64,000 bases of DNA, taken from Eledone cirrhosa. Lineage: Eukaryota. Shown in pieces: positions 54,364-64,000 of the stretch. Each line of letters opens with the position of its first letter. The stretch's first letter is position 1. The DNA is taken from assembly GCA_964016885.1 (NCBI GenBank), contig OZ024740.1:97836001-97900000 (forward strand). Direction: 5' to 3'. The notes below the pieces were generated by a model, which was not told the origin of the DNA, searched no databases, and saw nothing but the letters and a program-made list of their open reading frames with translations. The position numbers and the translations under genes were made by a program.

Positions 54364-54402
54364 TGAACCTGAAGATTGCGAAAGCATGAAAGTACTTGTT
54401 CA
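54364..54402 (+). ncRNA. Minimal hammerhead ribozyme motif in the PLE 3' repeat (mirror at 51381-51419, minus strand)
   Basis: tgaac-CTGAAGA-ttgc gaaa gcat-GAAAG-TA-CTT^gttca; palindromic AAGTACTT. Confidence 0.8.
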
Positions 54403-54650
54403 ATTAACACTTAGAATTTAATATTCTATCATACTATTTCATTATAATACCATTATATATATTTTAAAGGATTGTAAATAAAACGAGTAAATCAGACAAA
54501 GTTGGAATTCCTCTTATTAATATAATCTTCTATACACAATCATACACACCCGTGTATATTTACCTATCTATATCTATATGTATATATATACATATATATA
54601 TATGCATACATATATGCATATATATATATATTTATATATATATATATATA

Positions 54651-54696
<46 letters not shown>

Positions 54697-54780
54697 TAAC
54701 AGATTAAAGTTTAAGCAAAGAATCGCAGCTGTCACCCTTAACGGGATCTTCTGAAGCTAACAAAGTCAATCTGTGAACCC
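54697..54780. repeat. (TA)n-adjacent dispersed repeat (also 33385-33468, and inverted at 37838-37905)
   Basis: acagattaaagtttaagcaaagaatcgc.gct..cacccttaacgg..tcttctgaa.cta in three copies. Confidence 0.75.
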
Positions 54781-54837
54781 GCTTTGGATTTTAGTCTTCA
54801 AATTTATTATTATTCTATAATATATATTTATTTATTA

Positions 54838-55806
54838 TCTATATATATAAAACTGTGGTTGTCTGCCTGTCTATCGATTTTTGGGACACATCTCCTCTTA
54901 GAATCTCTGACGGAATTGCACCGAAATTGCTATACTTCTACATTGAGCCCTAGCGAAGACATCGGGAAAAAAATATTTCAAATTGACCCACCCTATGTGA
55001 CGAAATCGAATATAATGTATCGATTTTTGAGCGTAAGTTATCAGTTATTTCCCTTTGTTCTGTTTACATTGAGCGTCTTACGTAAAAAATTACGCTGGCT
55101 TTCTCAGCGTTTAAAATGACATTAACACAATACACGAACAGTTGTCGAGCCAGCAAAATATTGACCTGCAAAATTCATCAGTTCGAACACTAGGCTTCCG
55201 TTTTGCTTCATTTCCATTTAAAAGCATTTTAAAACAATATTTTTACTTGAAAACAAGTCTATTTAAAGACTACGTAAAACAAGCAAATATTTCGTCGTTA
55301 GGCGTGCAGACAGACAGTCGTGCAGAGAGGTGATATACGCGTGCAGACAGATAGTCGTGCAGAGAGGTGATATAGGCGTGCAGACAGACAGTCGTGCAGA
55401 GAGGTGATATAGGCGTGCAGACAGATAGTCGTGCAGAGAGGTGATATAGGCGTGCAGACAGATAGTCGTGCAGAGAGGTGATATAGGCGTGCAGACAGAC
55501 ATAACTGATAATTTGGTTACGCTAATGTTTTTCTCTGCGTTGCAGTGTTTACATTTTCGATCTTTGTTAATAAATAACCAGTGCAGTTTCTATCCCCAGC
55601 ATCCTCTTTTGTTATAACATTCGGGTTATCGTTATGTTTTCTTAACTTCATAAGGCATATTGTTGGTTGAGGGAATATTAATCAAAAACACCACATGCAA
55701 GTCTGCACAGTAGACACTACAGTTTTTAAGCCAAGAAAGAAACTTAACATTGTAACTTTAACACAGCTACTGAGCGACCCCGAGCAACGCCGGGCTTTAC
55801 TGCTAG
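54838..55806 (+). mobile_element. Non-autonomous Helitron-like element
   Basis: A^TCTATATATATAAAAC start; CCCG-AGCAACGC-CGGG hairpin then CTAG^T end; no TSD. Confidence 0.85.
55300..55500 (+). repeat. 37-bp minisatellite, about 5.4 copies, inside the Helitron
   Basis: Unit aggcgtgcagacagatagtcgtgcagagaggtgatat. Confidence 0.92.
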
Positions 55807-55868
55807 TTATATATATATATATTATGGAATACTGTGGGCTTCTTGCTACAATAATTTCTATACTTTTC

Positions 55869-55962
<94 letters not shown>

Positions 55963-55984
55963 TATACATACATATATATTCTGT

Positions 55985-57245
55985 TTTACTCTTTTACATG
56001 CTCCAGCCATCCGACTGAGGCCATGCTGGGGCACCACCGTTGTTGCTACACATGCCCTTAGGTTTCCCTCGTGCCGTGCTCTGGGCTCAACCGGGATCCT
56101 GGATAGCAAGGTCTCGAGATGTTTCTTGAAAACAACCACGTCCACACCATGCATATCTCTTAGATCCCTCGGCAGGTTGTTGAAGAGTTGTGGGCCCTTG
56201 AACCCCTGGCTATTGCAATATCTGCTCCTTATTCTAGATGTGGAAGACGGGTCCTCTGGCACCACACAGTGGCGTACTGTTCAGGGGTTGGTCCAGCTCC
56301 CAATGCCAAAGTGTGTTGCTAGTCTCTCCAGGATTTTCCATATGTATATCACTGCGTATCTCTCCCGTCTTCGTTCTAAGAAGTAGAGATTCAGTTCTTT
56401 TAACCTCTCTCAGTAGCTTATCTCCTTCCTCGTCGCAATCCTCTTGGTTTAGCATCACTGGAGTGCCTCAAACTCCGTGGTTAGTTTGACACTATGGGAT
56501 GACCACAGCTTAGAGTAAGGCTGTGGGCACATGTCCTCCATAGCGTCAACATGGTCTCTCAGTCTCTTGTTCAGAAAGTCCTCAAGATCCAGCTAGCGAG
56601 TTGTCTGCACTTTTTCGCCCCTTTCTTGATGTGTGGGGAAAAAGATGCATCGTCGCTCGTGTCTATTCCCAGGTCTCGTATAGATCTTGAGACGGGAATT
56701 TCGGTCCCTCCTAGTCCAATGTAACTGTGTTGTACTGTATTTGTGTTTGAGGTTTGTATTGCAGGGCTTGAAATTGTCCAGCATTAAACTGCATGTTGTT
56801 GTCTTCAGCCCATTTGTATATGGTATCCAGATCTTGTTGTAAAAGAGCAGTATCAGCCGGGTTTTTGATTGCCTGTGCTACCTTAGTGTCATCAGCATAG
56901 CTAGTGAGGCATGTTGTATGTACTACACTGGGCATGTCTGAGGGAGCCACCAAAAACAGTAGTGGTTCTAGGACTGTGCCTTGGGGCACCCCACTTGTTA
57001 TTGATATTTCCTTTCAGAGAGCCCTGTTTGCTGCAACTTTCTGGCTTCTGTCCTTTAAGAAGTTATGCAGCCACTCACCTACTTTTCCAGTTATGCCGAG
57101 TCTGTGTAGTCTGTGACATATCATTTCGTGGTCTAGCTTGTCAAAGGCCTTCGCAAAGTAAAGATATATCACTTCCACATATGCGCTGTCTAGCAGTTCT
57201 TTCAGTACCCAGTCATAGTGATGTAACAGCTGTGTAAGGCAGCAT
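55985..57245 (-). mobile_element. Degraded CR1-group LINE (RT to 3' end)
   Basis: LYFAKAFDK, PQGTVLEPLLFL, SYADDTK, LQQDLDTIYKWAEDNNMQFN, GPQLFNNLP. Confidence 0.85.
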
Positions 57246-57861
57246 ATTTATATACATAACGAAAAAACTTTGTTAGACTATATTTATATCACATGAATAA
57301 ACACATCTCATCATTTCTGAGGACGGCATGTATATGTGAAGGTATGTATATTTCTTCTGATAATTTGTAATATTTTTACATAGATCTATATGATATACAT
57401 TCCAACACACATATGCATCCCAGAAACGATCGTAAAATGATGAATTTTTTAATATAAGGAACTTGTTCTTTGTGTTTATTTCATTGTTTTTATTTATTGA
57501 TCTTGACTCTGTTTTCCTATGATTTTTATCGTAAATCTTTGAATGCATCTCCTCTTTTCATATCTTCTATATTTGGATTACATTGAATTCTTCATACGGA
57601 TTGGACACTTCCATATATTTTGGTAGATTTATCTACATATATATTTATATCTGTATTTTTAATCGTTGGTCAGTCAATGATAAACATTAATTGCCAAATA
57701 AATTAACTATGGAGATATAAAAGATGCAGAAGGGAAAACCAACCGAACAGTGAGTGTGTTCTGTTATTATTTCTGGCAATAATATTACAACAATATGACC
57801 CTCCCCATGTATAATAATACATATGTATATATATACATATATATACATACATATATATATA

Positions 57862-57919
<58 letters not shown>

Positions 57920-57957
57920 TATATATATATATATATATATTAACATTATATATATAT

Positions 57958-58440
57958 ACTATAGAGTAAAGCATGTCCAGAGAATTATTTGATAATATAT
58001 ATACCATCTCTACTCCCAATCTATGAAGAAACAGTAAATAAATACTCCATCGTGTCGTCTTCGCGTATGGTATGTATATAAGCATTTCTAACATCAATGT
58101 TTACCTAATTATGTATGGTTGACTGTGTATTTAATTAATTTCCACGTGCTGTCGAAATGTTGGGTATATATTCTATAGCGGCTGCACGCGAAGACGCCAC
58201 GATGGAGTATTTATTTACTGTTTCTTCATAGATGCCTTTTATTATTATAGCCTGGTCTAATTGATTTTTTGTGTGGTTAATTATGCTGATTGGGAGTAGA
58301 GATGATGTATATATATTATCAAATAATTCTCTGGACATGCTTTACTCTATAGTATTTCGCTCTGATTAATTTATTAATTCTCCATTGAGCTACATCGTGA
58401 AAAGTTGCAAAAACACACATATACCTGTGACTTTGTTTAA
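57958..58440. repeat. Fold-back element (left arm internally deleted), same family as 36380-36912
   Basis: 57958-58067 mirrors 58186-58354 apart from an ~55-bp gap. Confidence 0.75.
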
Positions 58441-58487
58441 TTGGTGTATGTGTAAATATTTATATTTTATATATATATATATATATA

Positions 58488-58844
58488 AGTAAAAAGGAAA
58501 AGAAAATGCTGACAAATGTTTCCCAGTGAAAAATAGTTTAATTAGTAATAAGTATTGGTTAGTATTCAGTTTTAGTTTTAAGTTTTTACCGGATGCGTTT
58601 TCTAATTCTTTTCAAAAATAATTTTGAGATAGTGCGCTCGTGATGTTTATTCTATCACGATGTTTGCTCTATCATGAGCGCTCTACCTCAAAATGATTTA
58701 AAAAAAGCTTTAGAAATGCGCAACCGGTAAAAACTTAAAACTAAAACTGAATACTAACCAATACTTATTACTAATTTATACTTATTCCCAATTAAACTAT
58801 TTTTCACTGGGAAAAATTTGTCAGCATTTTCTTTTCCTTTTACT
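58488..58844. repeat. Fold-back element with ~155-bp arms
   Basis: agtaaaaaggaaaagaaaatgctgacaaa...tttttaccgg is mirrored by ccggtaaaaac...tttgtcagcattttcttttccttttact. Confidence 0.85.
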
Positions 58845-59143
58845 AATATATCACAACTCGTGTGTCACACCTCTATTTTTTTTTAAATATTTATATATAC
58901 ATATATATATATACATATATATATACATATATATATATATACATATATATACATATACATATATATACATATATATATATACTTATATATGTATATATAT
59001 ATGTATATAGTGAAAAATTGAACAGGGACAGAACAGAGAGGCAGTACGACAAATGTTTATTAAGTTCACGCTCAGGAGAGTGGGGGGTAGGTGGAGGACG
59101 ACGTTTCGGGCATGTATATATATATATAAAATATATATATATG

Positions 59144-59222
<79 letters not shown>

Positions 59223-59228
<6 letters not shown>

Positions 59229-59565
59229 AGATCAAAAGATGGTTAAAGGAGTTCCATGTATTTTATTATGCGCATTTCAAAAACAAACGTCATCATGCAA
59301 TAATATTTGTGTTTTCATCAGATAAAACAGGAGAACATGATATGAAGGCTAAAAAACACTTGTGGATAGTGCAGTTTTAAATCAACATACATACATGTAT
59401 ATGTTGATTTAAAACTGCACTATCCACAAGTGTTTTTTGCCTTCATATCATGTTCTCCTGTTTTATCTGATGAAAACACAAATATTATTGCATGATGATG
59501 TTTGTTTTTGAAATGCGCATAATAAAATACATGGAACTCCTTTAACCATCTTTTGATCTTATATA
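59223..59565. repeat. Near-perfect fold-back (~167-bp arms, ~10-nt loop) with a hammerhead on each arm
   Basis: 59223-59389 mirrors 59400-59565. Confidence 0.9.
59457..59534 (+). ncRNA. Minimal type I hammerhead ribozyme motif (mirror at 59254-59331, minus strand)
   Basis: cctgttttat-CTGATGA-aaacacaaatatta ttgcatga tgatgtttgttttt-GAAAT-GCGC-ATA^ataaaatacatgg. Confidence 0.85.
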
Positions 59566-59764
59566 ATATGTATACTCCAGTCCTACAAACTGTAGAGTGC
59601 TTCTTATCCGATATCTGCATTGCTTTATTGTACTACAATAAAACTCACCTCCTACATATATATATATATATATATATTTACATATATATATATTTATATA
59701 CATATTATTCAAAATGTTAACAAATGAAAAATATTCAGATAATCAAAATATATATTTTATTAAA

Positions 59765-60250
59765 TGAACGTATATATAGTGTATTTTGCAATACACTGTA
59801 TGCTTAATTAAAAGCTTTTTGAAGACCTTACGCTATTGTTTTAAAGTAGTGACATATCACTTACTTATATTTTCAGCAAACAAGGGGAGATAAGCTGACA
59901 GAGCTCTGTTTCGTACTAGTTGGTACTTATCAAAGCTCAGCACCAATTTCAGAGCACCAATTCTAATTTTCAATTTTTTCTGGACCGCCAACCGCTCTGT
60001 ATAATCAGTTCCTGATTATTACTGGAATTCTATAAGAATCCAACATTCATAATTTTCAGCAAATAGGAGGAGTGCTGAGCTTTGATAAGTACCATCAAGT
60101 CCGAAACAGAGCTCTGTCAGCTTATCTCCCCTTGTTTGCTGAAAATATATTAAGTGACATTGTCACTACTTTAAAACAATAGCGTAAGGTCATCAAAATG
60201 CTTTTAATTAAGCACACAATGTTATTGCAAAATACACTATATATACATTC
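59765..60250. repeat. Fold-back (~180-bp arms) with a variant-core hammerhead-like motif (59889-59941 minus, 60074-60126 plus)
   Basis: gctgagct-TTGATAA-gtac caacta gtac-GAAAC-AGAGCTCT-GTC^agcttatc. Confidence 0.75.
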
Positions 60251-60414
60251 ATATATATATCGCTATTTCAGAGCATCAATTCTAATTTACTTTATTATAT
60301 ATATTTCAAAGGTACTGTGATGTTTCAGTACGTTTCAGTACAAATTATATGATTTGATATATGACATACCGCTACGGTCTTGATTATATTTATATATATA
60401 TATTTATATATATA

Positions 60415-60480
<66 letters not shown>

Positions 60481-60483
<3 letters not shown>

Positions 60484-61028
60484 GTAGAACACTGGAAGTG
60501 GTAGAGCACTCAGTCCATGGGACGAGTTAGGTAGGAGTGGTTACACAACAGTTAGTTCACCATACCGAGAACAATTGTTTCTCCTCAGCGGATCCTCGGC
60601 TCGTAATGGACATGGTTATACGGAACAGGAAGGACAACTGTACGAACGCGCATGCGCAGACACGATCACGTCACACAGGCAATACTAAATTTCGTGCGAG
60701 AGGTGTAAGGGAGATAACTACGAAAGTCCGAAAGTTTCTAGTTGATAAAAAAATTAGGATGTTGTTGTAATTCAATCCGGAGCTTTGTAGTTATGTAACA
60801 GGTGTGGACAACGTGTGAAGAATTACTTTCTCGAGTTTAGGCAACCACTATTGGGTAATCACTTTAGAATATTTATTCGTTCATCAATACATAGTCCACA
60901 CGACGGATTACCACTTGCGTATGGCTTGAAATTAGTGATGGCTTTCCATTGAGTGGAGTAGTCTATACTTGAGTCCTTGAGAGACCACACGAAACTTGCG
61001 AGCCACGTATGGTCCCTCAAGGACTCAA
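60481..61028 (-). mobile_element. PLE 3' end (same family as 49452-50385) with a hammerhead motif at 60560-60609 and a short 5' fold-back
   Basis: VWSLKDSSIDYSTQWKAITNFKPYASGNPSCGLC; ccattacgag-CCGAGGA-tcc gctga gga-GAAAC-AATT-GTT^ctcggtatgg; inverted repeat at 60969-61028. Confidence 0.85.
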
Positions 61029-61029
61029 T

Positions 61030-61350
61030 CTCTCTGCTTGTAGCCAGAGAACGTTGGATTAAGTGTTGTATGTGTCTCTCTAATTCTTTGGGGTTGCACA
61101 TGCGGGACACGTTCCTCATCACCCCTGCTAAATCCGCAATCAGTATGTTGATTTTGGTGTGATCCGAAACAGCTGAGTTTCGGTGGATCAGGTATTTGGA
61201 AGTCATGGGTTTCGCAAAATGGGAATGGAGGATTTGTTTTTTGTTATTAATGGTTTCTAACCATAGCTCTGTGTCTAGTACAGGTAATTGATTATTGGGG
61301 TGTTTGCTTGGGTTTACCTGTACTAGATACAGGTGACCCTCCCAAAGTAT

Positions 61351-61360
<10 letters not shown>
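61030..61360 (-). mobile_element. PLE RT/thumb fragment, probably of another family
   Basis: Manual translation NPSKHPNNQLPVLDTELW...ILHSHFAKPMTSKYLIHRNSAVSDHTKINIL; the 5' side is capped by gaccctcccaaagtataacaata. Confidence 0.65.
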
Positions 61361-61394
<34 letters not shown>

Positions 61395-61399
<5 letters not shown>

Positions 61400-64000
61400 T
61401 ATATACATATATATCAACTTACGCACCCCAGACGAACTTAAGGATAGGTTTTACGGGTCCCTAATGCACGCTACTGCTCTAACAAACGACAATGACTTCC
61501 TAAATCATTGCAGGAGATTTTAACGGACACGTAGGCAAACAACATGACAGCTCCTATAGAGACCATGGAGGCCATGGGGTTGGCACAAGAAATGAAGAAG
61601 GCTTCAGGCTCTTAGAATTCTGTGATGCCAATGACATGTCGATATGTAACACAAACTTCAAAAAACCGACAACCACCTGATCACCTATAGAGCAGGGGAG
61701 CATTCTAGTTAGATAGATTTTATCCTCATCAGAGGATATGACAGATGGACGGTCGTCAACACAAAAGCCTTCCCTAGTGAGGAATGTACCTCCCAACATA
61801 ACTTAGTTGTCAGCAACCTCACTGTCAGAACTAGACGAACCTGGAAACAGAAGTCAGCCTGGAGAAGAAAGAGCTGGAAGCTGAAAGACCCCTAAGCAAG
61901 TATCAGATTTAAAGATATTTTACTCAACGCCTATGAGAGTAAAGAAGAACAGATACAGACATTCAATGTAGAAGAGCAGTGGGCGTTCCTAAAAAATAAC
62001 TTACTAAAGGTGACGGATGAGATCTGTGGCTGGGGTAAGACCACAGGCAGGAGGAGAATGACTTGGTGGTGGAACAATAAAGTAGATGAGGCAGTTAAGG
62101 CCAAGAGACAGGCATGGAAAGAATAGAAAAACGGTGGAAGCAGGGTACATTACATAGAGACCAGGAGGGAAGCTAGGTGACAAATATACTTAGCTAGGAA
62201 GGTAGCAGAGGATAGAAAATTCAAGCATGTTTTGCAACATGAAGACCAAAAACAGGAGGTGTTCAAGATTGCGAGGCAGTGTGTCAGAGAGAATTGTGAT
62301 ATCATTTGAGAGAAGTGTATCCAGAATGAAAAAAGGGTGCTTGCCCTCACAAGTGCTGAGAAGAAAGATGCGTGGAAGAGCCATTATGTTAGATTACTAA
62401 ATGAGGAGAATGGATGGGAAAAAGAGACCCTAGCCCAAGCAGACCCTATAGAGGGACCAGCAGTACAAGTCAGCAGCAGTGTAGTAAGTAAGGCAATCAA
62501 AGATATGAAGACGGGGAAGGCAACCGGTCCATCGGGTATAGCTGCCGAGATGCTGAAGGCATCTGGGTCGGTTGGTCACACCATAACCACATGTATTGTT
62601 AACCAGGTAATACTAGAATGTGTCATACCAAAGGATTGGTGCAGTAGCATCATTGTCAACTGCTACAAAGATAATGGTGATGCACTAGATAAAGGAAAAT
62701 ATAGAGGTATAAAGCTGATGGACCAGGTCATGAAATTAACAGAAAGAGTTATAGTAAATTGATTAGGGACTGGGTGAAACTAGATGAGATGCAATTTGGG
62801 TTTGTGCCAGGAAGAGGCACCACTGATGTCTTCTTCCTTGTGAGGCAGTTGCAGGAAAAGTACCTAGCTAAAAGTAAGCCACTCTACCTGGTATTTGTCG
62901 ATCTCAAGAAAGACTTTGACAGAGTTCCCCATGCTATAATCTGGTGGGCTCTTAGTAAACTAGTGAATGGCTTGTGAAAGCTGTACAAGACATGTATAGG
63001 GGAGCAGTCAGCAAAGTTAGGATTAGCAATGAGTATAGCGAGGAATTTAGCATACAGATCGGTTTCCATGAGGGCTCTGTTCTTAGCCCTCTCCTGTTCT
63101 TCATAGTTCTGCAGCCAATAATGGAGGAGTTTAAGACCGGATGCCCATGGGAAGTCCTGTATGCAGATGACATCGCATTTATAGCTGAATCTATGGTAAA
63201 ACTAGAGAAAAAATTCCAAACTTGGAAGCAGGGACTAGAAAGAAAGGGTCTCAAAGTCAACCCGACAAAGACTAAGGTCCTTGTAAGTAGACGAGAAAAC
63301 AGAAAGATACCCTCAGGGAAATGTAGGAAATGTGTAGGTAGGAACTCCATTCTCTGCCCCAAATGCAAACAATGGGTACACAAGAGATGTAGCGGGCCTC
63401 AGGAAGCTTAACTAAGAATGTAGGCTTCACATGTAGCAGCTGTGCTGGGACAGTAAGCAGCAAACAGCCACAGGAAACAAGTACCACCAAACTCTGGGAG
63501 TGCTCTGTAGAAACAGTAGACAGCTTATGCTACCTATGTGACTGAATTAGCAGCGGAGGTGGGTGGTCGGATAATACAATAATTAGGATAAGAACGGGAT
63601 GGAAGAAGTTCAGGGACCTACTGCCACTGTTACCTGCAAAAGGATTTTCCCTCAAAATGAAAGGCAGGCTCTATGATTTGTGAATACGAACAGTAATGTT
63701 ACATGGTAGTGAGACCTGTGGCCTGTCTATGGAAGACTTGCGTAGATTAGAAAGAAACGAAGCCTGCATGCTCCGATGGATATGGAATAGTAATATACGC
63801 GAACGGCAAAGCATATATGAATTGAGAGAGAGACTGAGAATATGAGGAATCAAATGCTGTGTGCAGGAGGGGCGGTTGCTTTGGTATGGACATGTGATAC
63901 GTATGAAGAATGACAGCTGCATAAAAAGGGGCAGAGCACTAGAAGTCAATAGAAACCATGGAGTAGGGAGACCCAATAAGACCTTGGATGAGGTGATAAA
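61395..64000 (+). mobile_element. Degraded RTE (PHD-type) copy running off the window end
   Basis: IAGDFNGHVG, EFCDAND, MQFGFVPGRGTTD, VDLKKDFDRV, LYADD, CVGRNSILCPKCKQWVHKRCSG; many stops and frameshifts. Confidence 0.9.

Larger units (their letters stand above)
51259..54524. repeat. Giant near-perfect palindrome: two ~1.63-kb arms of a PLE 3' half with an 8-nt loop (52888-52895)
   Basis: Mirror coordinates sum to 105783; the two 370-aa translations differ only at the loop and one residue (E/V). Confidence 0.95.

Noticed and set aside
55300-55500. 37-bp repeats of CRISPR-like length
   Set aside because: Contiguous tandem units with no unique spacers, no cas genes, and a eukaryotic Helitron context

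Overview
This is a eukaryotic, AT-rich window saturated with repeats. The repeat repertoire resembles an invertebrate, most likely a cephalopod such as Octopus, but that is inference. I found no convincing host exon, rRNA, tRNA gene or CRISPR array, and most short ORFs in the track are microsatellite or antisense artefacts. Bases 1-34 kb are a LINE/SINE graveyard: a full-length TSD-flanked RTE-type LINE and a near-identical inverted sibling, both with a C4HC3 PHD-like finger inside the RT, plus R4/Dong-like RLE LINE debris, Tx1/L1 3' ends, tRNA-derived SINE clusters and a Helitron. Bases 34.5-61.4 kb are a chain of cassettes separated by (TA)n tracts. They include Penelope-like retroelement (PLE; RT + GIY-YIG) fragments, one duplicated as a 3.26-kb near-perfect palindrome, and many short non-coding fold-back elements. 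Reading these by hand gives about a dozen independent minimal type I hammerhead ribozyme motifs, some intact and some degenerate, several with palindromic stem-III loops and covarying stems. A second conserved hairpin (ACTC-stem-bulge-GAGTG) lies mostly 40-60 nt downstream of the predicted cleavage site in otherwise unrelated families. This ribozyme + hairpin + fold-back + (TA)n system is the main discovery candidate. Coordinates were read manually and edges of degraded elements are approximate.
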